From contig JBJMOW010000002.1 in assembly GCA_045803545.1 (NCBI GenBank), forward strand, positions 160,001-224,000: a DNA stretch of 64,000 bases, in the 5' to 3' direction. Below the pieces are notes generated by a model that saw only the letters and a program-made list of their open reading frames with translations, was not told the DNA's origin and searched no databases. This document shows positions 40,167 to 49,748 of this stretch, one piece after another (the first letter of the stretch is position 1; every line of letters begins with the position of its first letter). The translations under genes were made by a program, and so were the position numbers. The DNA is from Gemmatimonadaceae bacterium. Its GTDB lineage: Bacteria > Gemmatimonadota > Gemmatimonadetes > Gemmatimonadales > Gemmatimonadaceae.

Positions 40167-41267
40167 TTAGACGTTGAATCGGAAGAGGAGTACGTCGCCA
40201 TCCTGGACGACGTACTCCTTTCCTTCTGAGCGCACCACTCCCTTCTCGCGCGCTCCTTTCCATCCGTCGTTGTCGACGAACGAATCGTAAGACACCGTTT
40301 CGGCGCGAATGAAACCGCGCTCGAAATCCGTGTGAATCACGGCGGCTGCTTTTGGCGCCGTGTCGCCACGATGAATCGTCCACGCACGCACTTCCTGCTC
40401 ACCGGCAGTGAAGTAAGTCTCGAGGCCCAGCAGCTTGTATCCGGCTCGAATCAGCCGGTCGAGCCCAGCTGACTCGAGCCCGAGCGAGGCAAGAAAATCT
40501 GCACGATCTTCCGACGGCAGCTCGGCCAACTCCGCTTCGATCTTGGCGGAGAACGGAACCACCTCGGCCTGCTCGCCGCTCTTTCGCACGGCGTCTCGCA
40601 GCGCCTTGAGGTGCTTGCCTTCGTCGCCCGATAGCTCCGCGTCGCTGACGTTGGCCGCGTAAAGAACGGGCTTGGTGGTCATGAGCGTCAACGGCGCGAG
40701 CAGCGCTTTCTCGCTGTCGGTCAGGCGCGCTTCCCAGAGTCCTTTGCCTTCCTTTAGAAAGTCGTAGGCTTTTTCGAGCACCGGCAACTCCGCCAGTGCT
40801 TCCTTGTCGCCGGTGCGCGCCGAGCGACGCGTTTTGTCGAGTCTTTTTTCCAACGAAGAGAGATCGGCGAGAGCGAGCTCGAACTCGATGACTTCGCGAT
40901 CACGCACCGGATCAACCGCGCCCATCACGTGCGTGACGTCGGGATCCTCGAAGCAGCGCACGACGTGAACGATTGCATCGGTCTCTCGAATGTTGGACAG
41001 GAACTTGTTGCCAAGGCCTTCGCCCTGTGCCGCGCCTTTGACGAGACCAGCGATATCCACGAACTGAACCACGGCCGGAACCGTCTTCTTTGGACTAACG
41101 ATCTCTGTGAGCTTCTGCAGTCGGCGATCCGGAACCTCGACCATTCCCACGTTGGGCTCGACGGTGCAGAACGGATAATTCGCAGCTTCCGCCTTGGCAG
41201 CGGTGAGCGCGTTGAACAGAGTTGATTTGCCGACGTTCGGAAGGCCGACAATTCCTAGCTTTAACAT
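40167..41267 (-). CDS. ychF: Obg-family ATPase YchF
   Basis: [43 protein letters not shown]. Confidence 0.97.
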   Translation of the reverse strand: MLKLGIVGLPNVGKSTLFNALTAAKAEAANYPFCTVEPNVGMVEVPDRRLQKLTEIVSPKKTVPAVVQFVDIAGLVKGAAQGEGLGNKFLSNIRETDAIVHVVRCFEDPDVTHVMGAVDPVRDREVIEFELALADLSSLEKRLDKTRRSARTGDKEALAELPVLEKAYDFLKEGKGLWEARLTDSEKALLAPLTLMTTKPVLYAANVSDAELSGDEGKHLKALRDAVRKSGEQAEVVPFSAKIEAELAELPSEDRADFLASLGLESAGLDRLIRAGYKLLGLETYFTAGEQEVRAWTIHRGDTAPKAAAVIHTDFERGFIRAETVSYDSFVDNDGWKGAREKGVVRSEGKEYVVQDGDVLLFRFNV

Positions 41268-41286
41268 TGATGCGGAAAGTAATAGA

Positions 41287-41410
41287 GAGGGATTGAGGCG
41301 TTCGGACCAGTACCATTGCTGACTGCGGATTAATTGAGGGGTGCGGAAGATCCGAATCCCTCAATTAGTCCGCACTTCGGACTGGCAGTTGGCCGAACGC
41401 CTCAATCCTC
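41287..41410. repeat. nested inverted-repeat intergenic element (copy A)
   Basis: 16-bp perfect outer stem (41290-41305 with 41393-41408) and 17-bp inner stem with one G-T (41324-41340 with 41358-41374). Confidence 0.85.
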
Positions 41411-41998
41411 AGTCTGCGGCGGCCGGCGGTTGAAGAGATTCATCGCCTTCTCGATTCCTTCACTAAGCCACGTCTCAACCAGCTCCGTCATCCGCGGCAT
41501 CAATGCGAGAATGTCTTCGCGCTCGTCTCGGGCAAACGGCGCCAACACGAAATCGGCGAGATTCGGATAAATCCCTTTTCTTTCTTCGCTCGGTCCAACC
41601 CCGATGCGAAGCCGCGGGTATTCACGCGTGCCGAGTGAATGCTCGATGCTCTTGAGTCCGTTGTGTCCACCCGCGCTCCCGTTTGCGCGGAGGCGGATGA
41701 CGCCGACGGGCAGCTGGACCTCATCGACCGCGATCAACAAATCCTTGGCAGGACTCCAGAACGGGCGCCGCACGAAATTCTTGAGCGCCTGCCCGCTCAG
41801 GTTCATGTAGGTCTGCGGCTTTACCAGGCGAACCTTTACTCCGCCCACGGTGCCGTTGGCGACCTGGGACTCGCCGTCCTTTTTCCAGCTGTCAAAACGC
41901 CAAACGTCGGCGAGGTGGTCGATCAACCACCAGCCGACGTTGTGTCGTGTCGGAGCGTATTCGCGGCCCGGATTCCCGAGACCGACTATGACTTTCAA
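41402..41998 (-). CDS. pth: peptidyl-tRNA hydrolase
   Basis: VGLGNPG, TRHNVG, KPQTYMNLSG, GGHNGLKSI, RLRIGVG. Confidence 0.96.
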   Translation of the reverse strand: MKVIVGLGNPGREYAPTRHNVGWWLIDHLADVWRFDSWKKDGESQVANGTVGGVKVRLVKPQTYMNLSGQALKNFVRRPFWSPAKDLLIAVDEVQLPVGVIRLRANGSAGGHNGLKSIEHSLGTREYPRLRIGVGPSEERKGIYPNLADFVLAPFARDEREDILALMPRMTELVETWLSEGIEKAMNLFNRRPPQTED

Positions 41999-42012
41999 GC
42001 GCTATCCGATAC

Positions 42013-42699
42013 TTACTTCTTGCCGCCCTGGTCTTCGCCCTCGCCCTCTTCACCTTCCTCAGTCGGGCCCTTGCCAATGACTTCAGGCTCAGCGGCGCCT
42101 TCCAGTGCAGCACCCTCGGCAGCTGGAGTTTCCTCGATCACCGCGCGCGGTGCGGCACAGACTGCCACCGCCGTCTCGGGGTCGTCGAGAATCTCGACGC
42201 CTTCAGGCAGCTTGATGTCGCTGACGTGAATGGAGTCGCCGATCTTGAGAGCACTGACGTCGATCTCAGCGTGATCAGGGATGCTGGACGGATCCACTTC
42301 GATCTCCAGCTCTCGCAGCGACTGCTCGAGTACTCCACCTTCCAGCTTGACGCCCTCCGGAATGCCGAGGAGCGTAATCGGGATGCTGACGGTGACCTTC
42401 TCGCCGGCAACCAGTGCCTGGAAATCGACGTGCAGAATCTGGCGCTTGATCGGGTGGCGCTGAATCTCGCGGATCAGCGTCTTCGAAGTCTGGCCGTCAA
42501 CGGTGACTTCGATCACAGTGCTCTCAGCCTGAATGTGGCCGAGCATTTTGTCGAGGTCGCGAGCGTTGAGCGCCAACGACTGCGGCTGGCGATCGTGACC
42601 GTAGATGACGGCGGGAACTTGTCCGCGCGCGCGCAGCGTGCGGGCGGCGCCTTTGCCGGTGGTTTCGCGCGGCTGCGCGGTGAAAGAGACGGTTGCCAT
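42013..42699 (-). CDS. rplY: 50S ribosomal protein L25 / Ctc
   Basis: GKGAARTLR, PAVIYG, QRHP..ILHVDF, long Ctc-type C-domain. Confidence 0.95.
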   Translation of the reverse strand: MATVSFTAQPRETTGKGAARTLRARGQVPAVIYGHDRQPQSLALNARDLDKMLGHIQAESTVIEVTVDGQTSKTLIREIQRHPIKRQILHVDFQALVAGEKVTVSIPITLLGIPEGVKLEGGVLEQSLRELEIEVDPSSIPDHAEIDVSALKIGDSIHVSDIKLPEGVEILDDPETAVAVCAAPRAVIEETPAAEGAALEGAAEPEVIGKGPTEEGEEGEGEDQGGKK

Positions 42700-42705
42700 A
42701 TCAGT

Positions 42706-42804
42706 TCATCCTTTTGGCATGACGACTTTGTGCCACGCCCATTCAATTAAGTCCAAAACTGCTGTCGCGAAATCTTTCGCGACCTTCTCGATCGATTCAA
42801 TCAT
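42706..42804 (-). CDS. putative 32-aa small protein
   Basis: ATG 8 nt after the prs stop, GAGG upstream, stop 6 nt before rplY; MIESIEKVAKDFATAVLDLIEWAWHKVVMPKG. Confidence 0.5.
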   Translation of the reverse strand: MIESIEKVAKDFATAVLDLIEWAWHKVVMPKG

Positions 42805-42812
42805 TGGTGCCT

Positions 42813-43769
42813 CTACTGCTCGAACAGCGAGCTCACGGACTGCTCGCTGTGAATGTAGCGAATCGCCTTCGCAAGTAGCTCGCCCACCGACAGAACACAC
42901 AGAGTCGGAAATCTCTTCGCCGGCGAAATCTTCACAGTGTCAGTCACCGTGACTTCCTTGATCGGCGCGCTCGTCAACCTTTCTACTGCCGGCCCCGAAA
43001 GCAGAGCGTGCGTTGCGCAAACGTAAATGTCGCGCGCCCCAATGTCCTTCAAAGCTCTTGCTGCCTCGCAAATTGTGCCGGCGGTGTCGATCATGTCGTC
43101 CGTCAGCAAGCAATCCTTTCCTTCAACTTCACCGACGACGTTGACGACTTCGGACACGTTCGCCTGTGGTCGTCTCTTGTCGATAATCGCGAGTGTGCCG
43201 TTCAGCCTCTTCGCGAATCCTCTCGCCATTTTCGCAGACCCAACGTCAGGTGCGACGACGACCAGCTCATGCAGGTTCTTCTTCCGAAAGTGCGATACGA
43301 AAACCGGTGCTGCGTACAGGTGATCCACCGGCACATCGAAGAATCCCTGCAGTTGGTGCTGGTGAAAGTCGAGTCCGAGAACCCGGTTCGCGCCAGCCGC
43401 CGTGATCATGTTCGCCATCAGCTTCGCACCGATGGACACTCTTGGCTGGTCCTTGCGGTCCTGCCTCGAGTATCCGTAGTAGGGCATCACGCAGGTGATG
43501 CGAGCAGCTGAAGCCCTGCGCGCCGCGTCAATCAGGAGCAGCAGCTCCATGATGTTGTCGGCCGGCGGATTGGTCGGCTGAACGATGAAGACGTCGTTGC
43601 CTCTGACGTTCTCATCTATTCGTACGAAAATCTCGCCGTCGGCGAACCGGTTGACCGTCGTTTTACAGAACGGAACATCCAGCGTTGCCGCGATCTCATC
43701 ACACAGCTCCGGATTGCCGGGTCCGGCGATGAGCTTGAAGCCATGAGCGGGTACGGACATTCCGTCCAT
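42813..43769 (-). CDS. prs: ribose-phosphate pyrophosphokinase
   Basis: FADGEI, PYYGYSRQDRK, VAPDVG, DDMIDTAGT. Confidence 0.96.
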   Translation of the reverse strand: MDGMSVPAHGFKLIAGPGNPELCDEIAATLDVPFCKTTVNRFADGEIFVRIDENVRGNDVFIVQPTNPPADNIMELLLLIDAARRASAARITCVMPYYGYSRQDRKDQPRVSIGAKLMANMITAAGANRVLGLDFHQHQLQGFFDVPVDHLYAAPVFVSHFRKKNLHELVVVAPDVGSAKMARGFAKRLNGTLAIIDKRRPQANVSEVVNVVGEVEGKDCLLTDDMIDTAGTICEAARALKDIGARDIYVCATHALLSGPAVERLTSAPIKEVTVTDTVKISPAKRFPTLCVLSVGELLAKAIRYIHSEQSVSSLFEQ

Positions 43770-43808
43770 GCAGCCCTACAAGTTAAGTGGGGAAAGGACT
43801 TAGATCAA

Positions 43809-43879
43809 TTGCCCCCGGTGGATTCGAACCACCATTACCGGATCCAAAGACCGGTGTCCTGCCATTGGACGAGGGGGCA
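43809..43879 (-). tRNA. tRNA-Gln(UUG), CCA not encoded
   Basis: TGCCCCC/GGGGGCA acceptor stem, CT-TTG-GA anticodon loop, GGTTCGAATCC T-arm. Confidence 0.95.
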
Positions 43880-43884
43880 AACAT

Positions 43885-43918
43885 GCGGGAAGCGGGAAGC
43901 GGGAAGTGGGAGCGGAAG
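43885..43918. repeat. GCGGGAA heptamer tract
   Basis: GCGGGAA x3, GTGGGA, GCGGAA fills the ispE-tRNA spacer. Confidence 0.85.
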
Positions 43919-44815
43919 TTAGTCCAGAATCTCTACCGGGACAACGCTGTCTGCGGTGCGCGTGACAACGCGTTTAGTTCCCTTTGGCAGGTTCATCGCC
44001 GGTAAGTCTGTCGTCGGCTCGATGCCTGTTCGCGTAACGCCTGGAATCTTGAAGACGGTCGACCCGGATCCACTCAAGCGGTAGAACAAATCGTACCTGT
44101 CACCGCGCCCGAGAAGTTGGTCGATCTCCGGATAGCGCTTTCGAATCACGGGCTCGAAATCGTTGACCGAGTGCCGTGCCGCCGATTCCCAGTCTTCGAA
44201 CATCTCCGCGGTCAGGTCGGGTGACTCGCTGGGTCGCTCCCCGCGCGACTCGTCGAGAAGCGCGTACGCCTCCCCGGTCGGCACACCGAACGGAGGAAAG
44301 AACAAGTATGCATCGCGGGAGGGCAGCGGCCGCAACCCGAGCAATTTCTCGCCGCGACCCCAGCCGAGTGCCATTGAGTACTCGCTCGCGAGGAATGGAA
44401 CGTCGGACCCGAGCTCGAACGCCAGCGCACGCAGCCGCTCGCTGCGCAAAGGAGCGTCAGCAATCGAATTCAGGATGCGAAGCACTGCCGCAGCGTCGGC
44501 GCTTCCTCCGCCCAAGCCGCCTCCGATCGGGATTCGTTTCTTGATCACGATCTCGAATCCCTTTGGCCACCCGGTTTCCTTGGCGTAAATCTCTGCCGCA
44601 CGGAAGGCGAGGTTCTCTGACTCCGGTTGATCCCGCATCACGCCGCAGCGGAGTGTCCGTGCGTGTTCGCGGATGTGAACGCGGACGTCGTCGCCGAGGC
44701 CGATCCTCAGAAAGACGGTCTCGATCGAGTGGTACCCGTCAGGCTGCTTCCCGAGGATCCTCAGCGAGAGGTTGACCTTGCCTTGCGCGAGGGTCCTCCC
44801 ACCACGCGCGCTCAT
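43919..44815 (-). CDS. ispE: 4-diphosphocytidyl-2-C-methyl-D-erythritol kinase
   Basis: ATG 44815; KVNLSLRI, DGYHSI, IPIGGGLGGGSADAA, LGSDVPF, LSGSGS. Confidence 0.94.
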   Translation of the reverse strand: MSARGGRTLAQGKVNLSLRILGKQPDGYHSIETVFLRIGLGDDVRVHIREHARTLRCGVMRDQPESENLAFRAAEIYAKETGWPKGFEIVIKKRIPIGGGLGGGSADAAAVLRILNSIADAPLRSERLRALAFELGSDVPFLASEYSMALGWGRGEKLLGLRPLPSRDAYLFFPPFGVPTGEAYALLDESRGERPSESPDLTAEMFEDWESAARHSVNDFEPVIRKRYPEIDQLLGRGDRYDLFYRLSGSGSTVFKIPGVTRTGIEPTTDLPAMNLPKGTKRVVTRTADSVVPVEILD

Positions 44816-45816
44816 TGTGATTCCGCCGCTGGCTGAAGATCCCGCAGCTTCACGCCGAGGCGCGTGAAGTAATAGGCGCCGATCAGCGTGATTGGTATGA
44901 AGGAGAATAGGTGATAGCCGATCGCCCACGTCGCTGCCTGCTCTCGAGTGATGCCGTAAATCGCCAGCCCTTCGACCGACATGTACTCGAATACTCCAAA
45001 AAATCCCGGCAACGCCGGCACAGCGGTGCCAAGCGCGATAAAGGCCTGGAGGAAGAGCGCGGCGGAGAAGGGTGCGTTGATTCCGACAGCACGAAATGAA
45101 AGCCAGAACCCGACACCGTTCAGCATCCAATGTGCGACCGTCCAGCCAAAAACCGCCGCGAATCGGCGTGGGCTGCGCAGGACGCTGAGGCCCTGAAAAA
45201 AAGTTTGCAACACGCGGCGTCCGCGCTCCTCGACTGTCGGCGACACTCGGCGCGCGAACAGCTCGAACAGGCGCAGCAGCTGGTTCGGCAGAAACACCAA
45301 CGCATAGAGCAACGCGAGCAAAATGAGCACGACCGTACCCGCACTCGTCGCAAAGGTGCTGAGGGGTCTGCCCATCAACGTCTCGTTGGACAAAGAGGGA
45401 TCGAACAACGCCGTCGCCGCCAGCAGCAACAACACGATCGCATCGAACAAACGATCGACGGCTAGTGAAGCGAGCGAGGTCGCGAACGGGACCGAAGTCT
45501 CGCGCGTTAACGCAAACGCGCGCGCGATCTCGCCGGCGCGTGCGGGCACCACGTTGTTCACCATCATGCCGATCGTGGTTGCACGCCACAGCGGACCGAA
45601 AGCGAGCTTGCCGGCTACGGGCTCCAGGATTGTGCGCCAGCGCCGCGCACGTAGCGCAAAAATCGCCGTGGCGCAAAAAGTCGCCGCAGCGAAGAGCCAT
45701 AAATTGGCGTGGGAGAGCCGGGAAGCGACGTCGGCTGCGGAGATCCCACGCAGCGTCCAGTAAATCAGCGCGACACTAAGCAGCGCGCCGAGCGCGGCGC
45801 GCCATCGCGGTCGCAA
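44812..45816 (-). CDS. lysylphosphatidylglycerol synthase TM-domain (flippase-like) protein
   Basis: LRARRW, NNVVPARAGEIAR, DRLFD, PGFFGVFE; multiple TM helices. Confidence 0.85.
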   Translation of the reverse strand: MRPRWRAALGALLSVALIYWTLRGISAADVASRLSHANLWLFAAATFCATAIFALRARRWRTILEPVAGKLAFGPLWRATTIGMMVNNVVPARAGEIARAFALTRETSVPFATSLASLAVDRLFDAIVLLLLAATALFDPSLSNETLMGRPLSTFATSAGTVVLILLALLYALVFLPNQLLRLFELFARRVSPTVEERGRRVLQTFFQGLSVLRSPRRFAAVFGWTVAHWMLNGVGFWLSFRAVGINAPFSAALFLQAFIALGTAVPALPGFFGVFEYMSVEGLAIYGITREQAATWAIGYHLFSFIPITLIGAYYFTRLGVKLRDLQPAAESQ

Positions 45817-45819
45817 GTG

Positions 45820-46683
45820 CTACTCTGAGGACGCCAGCTCCACCAGATCGACGAGCTCGTCGACGAGCGCTCGTGTCGGCGGAGTACCGCTCTTCTTCAG
45901 GGAGCGACGGATTTCCGCGGCGCGCTCGATAGCCCGCTGGCCGCGATAAAGCAGATTCTCGATCGGCACGAGGTCGGTCGATGGCTGCGGCGCGTTGCGC
46001 GTTTCGAGAGGCCGCATCGTCGCCAGGCTTGCGTTGAGCACATCTCGAAGCTCTCGCCCCTTTGGCGGAGTCTGTGAGCTCGGCGGGGTCGGGCGCGGCG
46101 GTGTCGACTGCCCGCTCATCTCAGTCGACGGGGTCGGTACACGCTTCACTTCGGGCGAGAGAACTCCCGGGCCAATACCACCGCCCTGCTCGCGTAGCTG
46201 TTGCTCGTAGTGCGTACGCGGATTGGGCGCGACGTAGACGATATGAGGGCCGTCGTCGCCATAAAAAAGCTGCGAGATCGGAAGGATCACGTCTTTTCGC
46301 TCTTCACGTTCGGGAGCATAGCGCGCCAGTCGCCCGACGCTCGCCTCGAGTTTCGCATCCTGCTCCGCGCCCCAGGTTCGCACTGACCTCACCAGTAGCT
46401 TGAGATCGTCAATCGCACCGACAAGCGCGCGTTGAACCTCCGGTTCCCAGGCGAGCGCGCCTTGCGCCACGTTAGACGCGATTCGTTCAACCGCGGTGGC
46501 GAGCCGTGCCGGCCCGCTCGCCTTTGCCATCGTCGCGCTTCCACGCAATCCACGGGCGGCGGCGACGAACTGAGTGGCATCCGACGACTGCATTCCGGGC
46601 TTGCCAACGAGCGTCTCCAGGCGCGTGAGATATTCACTCGCCTCGAGCGCGAAATAGTCGAGCAGCCGCCCTGGCATTGTCAT
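45820..46683 (-). CDS. Hpt-like domain protein (phosphoacceptor His replaced by Arg)
   Basis: LLDYFALEASEYL..AARGLRGSATM resembles the CheA-P1 motif AHTLKGSA. Confidence 0.6.
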   Translation of the reverse strand: MTMPGRLLDYFALEASEYLTRLETLVGKPGMQSSDATQFVAAARGLRGSATMAKASGPARLATAVERIASNVAQGALAWEPEVQRALVGAIDDLKLLVRSVRTWGAEQDAKLEASVGRLARYAPEREERKDVILPISQLFYGDDGPHIVYVAPNPRTHYEQQLREQGGGIGPGVLSPEVKRVPTPSTEMSGQSTPPRPTPPSSQTPPKGRELRDVLNASLATMRPLETRNAPQPSTDLVPIENLLYRGQRAIERAAEIRRSLKKSGTPPTRALVDELVDLVELASSE

Positions 46684-46749
46684 CGATGCAGTCTCCGAGT
46701 CACCCGCGAAAGGTGAGCGCCCCCGCGCTCACAGTCAAAGCAGGACACA

Positions 46750-47481
46750 TTATGACGACCGAGCGGCGCGCATCGCTTCGTGCATCTCCTCCACAGCGGC
46801 GCCGAGACCAATAAACACCGCTCGGCTCACAATGGAGTGCCCGATATTCAGCTCCTCGATCTCCGGGATCATTGCCACCGGCCCGACGTTCTGAACCGTC
46901 AGGCCGTGACCGGCGTGAACAGCGACGCCGAGATCCGCGGCTCGACACGCGGCGTCGCGCAACGCGTCGATCGGCCCGGCAGAGGCGCTATCGTGAGAAT
47001 ATGTGCCGGTGTGAAGCTCGATCGCCGGCACATTGAGCTTGCGCGATTGCTCTACCGCCGCGCGCGTGGGGTCGATGAACAGGCTGACGCGGATTCCAGC
47101 GTCGCTCAGGGCGTCGACCACGTTCTGGATGCGTCGTGGATCGCTCAGAATGTCGAGCCCACCCTCCGTCGTGATCTCCTCGCGGCGCTCGGGCACAAGC
47201 GTGACCTGCTGGGGTTTAATGCGGCGGGCGATCTCGAGCATCTCGGCGACGCACGCCATCTCGAGATTGAAGTACGTGCGCACCGTTTTCTTGAGCCGCT
47301 CCACATCCTCGTCCTGGATGTGGCGGCGATCTTCCCGAAGATGGGCGGTGATACCGTCAGCGCCAGCCCCTTCGCAAGCGGTCGCCGCCTCTACCGGATC
47401 AGGTTGACGTCCTCGACGCGCCTGACGTAGCGTGGCTACGTGGTCAATATTGATGTAGAGACGTTGTTGCTTTGCCCGCAT
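46750..47481 (-). CDS. pdxJ: pyridoxine 5'-phosphate synthase
   Basis: NIDHVATLRQAR, HLREDRRHI, TTEGGLD, HAGHGL, ELNIGHSI. Confidence 0.97.
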   Translation of the reverse strand: MRAKQQRLYINIDHVATLRQARRGRQPDPVEAATACEGAGADGITAHLREDRRHIQDEDVERLKKTVRTYFNLEMACVAEMLEIARRIKPQQVTLVPERREEITTEGGLDILSDPRRIQNVVDALSDAGIRVSLFIDPTRAAVEQSRKLNVPAIELHTGTYSHDSASAGPIDALRDAACRAADLGVAVHAGHGLTVQNVGPVAMIPEIEELNIGHSIVSRAVFIGLGAAVEEMHEAMRAARSS

Positions 47482-47528
47482 TACTCGCGTCCGTAGGTCG
47501 CAGGTCTAACTCTGTGGAGAATTTTATC

Positions 47529-47975
47529 GTGTCCTTCAGGAAAATCGCTGGTCTGTTTCTGCTTGCCGCGTGCTCCAGCGCTACGCGGAATGCCTCCACC
47601 GACGGTCAGCTCACCGGAGCTCCTGCCCCAAAGGTGGCCGTCGAGCAGTTTTTGAGCGCGGTCAACGCCAAGGACCTGCAGGCGATGTCGACCGTGTTTG
47701 GAACCAAGAACGGCTCCGCCCGCGAGACGATGGATCACACCGAACTGGAAAAGCGCGAGGTCATTCTCGCGTGCTATTTCTCGCATGACTCGTCGCGGAT
47801 TTTGGGCGAGACGCAAGGCATACAGAACCATCGTGACATTCGCGTCGAGCTGAAGAAAGGCAACTTCACACGCCAGACGACGTTTTACACGATAAAAGGC
47901 CCGGGCGATCGCTGGTACGTCGACAACATGGACATCGCCTCGGTCCGCGACTTCTGCGGCAACCCCGGCAACTAG
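47529..47975 (+). CDS. hypothetical lipoprotein (NTF2-like fold possible)
   Basis: GGAGA RBS, GTG 47529, lipobox LAAC; AVEQFLSAVNAKD...RWYV. Confidence 0.65.
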   Translation: MSFRKIAGLFLLAACSSATRNASTDGQLTGAPAPKVAVEQFLSAVNAKDLQAMSTVFGTKNGSARETMDHTELEKREVILACYFSHDSSRILGETQGIQNHRDIRVELKKGNFTRQTTFYTIKGPGDRWYVDNMDIASVRDFCGNPGN

Positions 47976-48382
47976 TATTCGGATAGCTCGACCAGCACTC
48001 CGCCGGTCGATTTCGGATGTAGAAAAGCGATTCGTTTTCCTTCCGCGCCACGGCGCGGCTTTTCGTCGATGAGGCGGACTCCAGCGCGCCGGCAACGGTC
48101 CAGCATCTGGTCCAAGTCGTCGACGGAAAAGCAAATGTGATGAATCCCCGGGCCCCGTTTGGCAATGAAACGCGCGATCGGGGATTCCTGGTTCTCAGCC
48201 TCGAGCAACTCGACGAGCGCCTCGCCCGCGCTGAGCCCGACGATGCTCGCTCCGTCTGCATCGTCCACCGGTGCTTCCCGCAAACCGAGAACATCGCGGA
48301 AGAATGGAAGGGTGTCCGCGAGTGCCTCTACGGCGATTCCGACGTGTGAAACCCGCGTTCCGCGAGGGGTTGATCGGGTCAT
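47972..48382 (-). CDS. mce: methylmalonyl-CoA epimerase (VOC family)
   Basis: HVGIAV, VELLE, RGPGIHHICF, FLHPKSTGGVLVEL. Confidence 0.9.
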   Translation of the reverse strand: MTRSTPRGTRVSHVGIAVEALADTLPFFRDVLGLREAPVDDADGASIVGLSAGEALVELLEAENQESPIARFIAKRGPGIHHICFSVDDLDQMLDRCRRAGVRLIDEKPRRGAEGKRIAFLHPKSTGGVLVELSEY

Positions 48383-48488
48383 TAGGTTTCTTTCTAAGCG
48401 TTAGAGCTGCCGCGTTCCAGTCGCCGGCAATCTCCGCAAAGCTAACTGATGAAGTCTCGCGGGGTATCCCGCGTTTAGGAGATTCAAA

Positions 48489-48818
48489 ATGTCCAATGCA
48501 GTTGAAGTAAACGATTCCAATTTCGAGTCACAGATCGAACAGCATAAAGGCCTCGCCGTCGTCGATTTTTGGGCGACCTGGTGCGCGCCTTGTCGCATGG
48601 TCGCTCCGGTTCTCGATCAGCTCGCGGTCGAGTACGAGGGTCGGGCAAAAGTCGCCAAGGTCGACGTCGACGTGAACATCAAGACGTCAACCAAGTTCAA
48701 CGTCCGCTCGATTCCGGCAATTCTGTTCTTCAAGGACGGCAAGCTCGTCGATCAGATGATTGGCTTCGCCGGGAAGCCGGCACTCGCCGAGAAGTTCAAG
48801 CAGCACGCTGCCGCGTAG
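48489..48818 (+). CDS. trxA: thioredoxin
   Basis: AGGAGA RBS; DFWATWCAPC, RSIP, FKDG. Confidence 0.95.
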   Translation: MSNAVEVNDSNFESQIEQHKGLAVVDFWATWCAPCRMVAPVLDQLAVEYEGRAKVAKVDVDVNIKTSTKFNVRSIPAILFFKDGKLVDQMIGFAGKPALAEKFKQHAAA

Positions 48819-48839
48819 GCAGCCGCCCGCGGTCGATTC

Positions 48840-49706
48840 TTGAGCTCCGAAACGGAGAGTGGGAAGCGGGCAATAACCGACGGAGCGCAGGGTAATCTGT
48901 ACCTGGTCAGCACGCCGATCGGAAATCTGGGTGACATGACGTTTCGCGCGGTCGAGGTTCTTACCTCGGCCGCGCTTGTCATTGCGGAGGATACGCGCCA
49001 CTCGCGCCGACTCCTCGATCACTTTCGCATCAGCACGCCGGTGAGCTCGTATCACGAGCACAACGAGGCGAAGGAGACGCCGCGTCTTGTCGCGCGTCTC
49101 GCAGCGGGAGATTCAATCGCGCTCATCTCGGATGCGGGGACGCCGTTGATCTCCGATCCCGGATCGAGACTGGTGCGTGCTGCCGTCGATGCCGGCATTT
49201 CGGTCGTTCCCATTCCGGGTGCGTCATCGGTGATGTCGGCGTTGGTTGCATCGGGATTGTCGCTCGAGCGCTTCACATTCTTCGGATTTCTCCCTCGCAA
49301 AGGCGCTGAGCGAACCGCTGCGATCGGAGATATAGTCGCGAGTCCCGCCACGGTGATCGTATTCGAGGCGGCGAACAGACTCGCTGCGACCCTCGAAGAC
49401 CTGGCCGAATCCGGCGCCGGCGAACGGAGCGCAGTGGTCGCGCGCGAGCTCACCAAGCAGTTCGAAGAATTCAGGCGCGGAACGATCGCCGAGCTGCAGG
49501 CAGCTTATCGAGATGCCGAACCGCGCGGAGAAGTTGTGCTGGTGATCTCAGGCGCTGAAGAGCGCGAAGTATCCGCCGATGAACTGGACGACGCGGCGCG
49601 TCAGCTGCGTGCAGCAGGGAAGGAGCCACGCGAAGTGATGCAGCACCTGATTGCCAATTTGGGTGCGTCGCGTAACGTGGCGTATCGCATCGCACATTCG
49701 GTCTGA
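48840..49706 (+). CDS. rsmI: 16S rRNA (cytidine1402-2'-O)-methyltransferase
   Basis: LYLVSTPIGNLGD, AEDTR, SDAGTPLISDPG, RELTKQFEE. Confidence 0.95.
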   Translation: MSSETESGKRAITDGAQGNLYLVSTPIGNLGDMTFRAVEVLTSAALVIAEDTRHSRRLLDHFRISTPVSSYHEHNEAKETPRLVARLAAGDSIALISDAGTPLISDPGSRLVRAAVDAGISVVPIPGASSVMSALVASGLSLERFTFFGFLPRKGAERTAAIGDIVASPATVIVFEAANRLAATLEDLAESGAGERSAVVARELTKQFEEFRRGTIAELQAAYRDAEPRGEVVLVISGAEEREVSADELDDAARQLRAAGKEPREVMQHLIANLGASRNVAYRIAHSV

Positions 49707-49748
49707 TTCTCGAAGACAACCACTTCCACGATTCCGTGACTAACTGAG

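Noticed and set aside
44816..45700. Apparent ~295-aa N-terminal extension of IspE
   Set aside because: Arg-rich out-of-frame overlap with the flippase-like gene. The real start is the ATG at 44815, coupled to the upstream stop.
46710..46729. GTGAGCGC-CCCC-GCGCTCAC hairpin after pdxJ as an ncRNA
   Set aside because: A single short stem with no other motif; at most a weak terminator or stabiliser.
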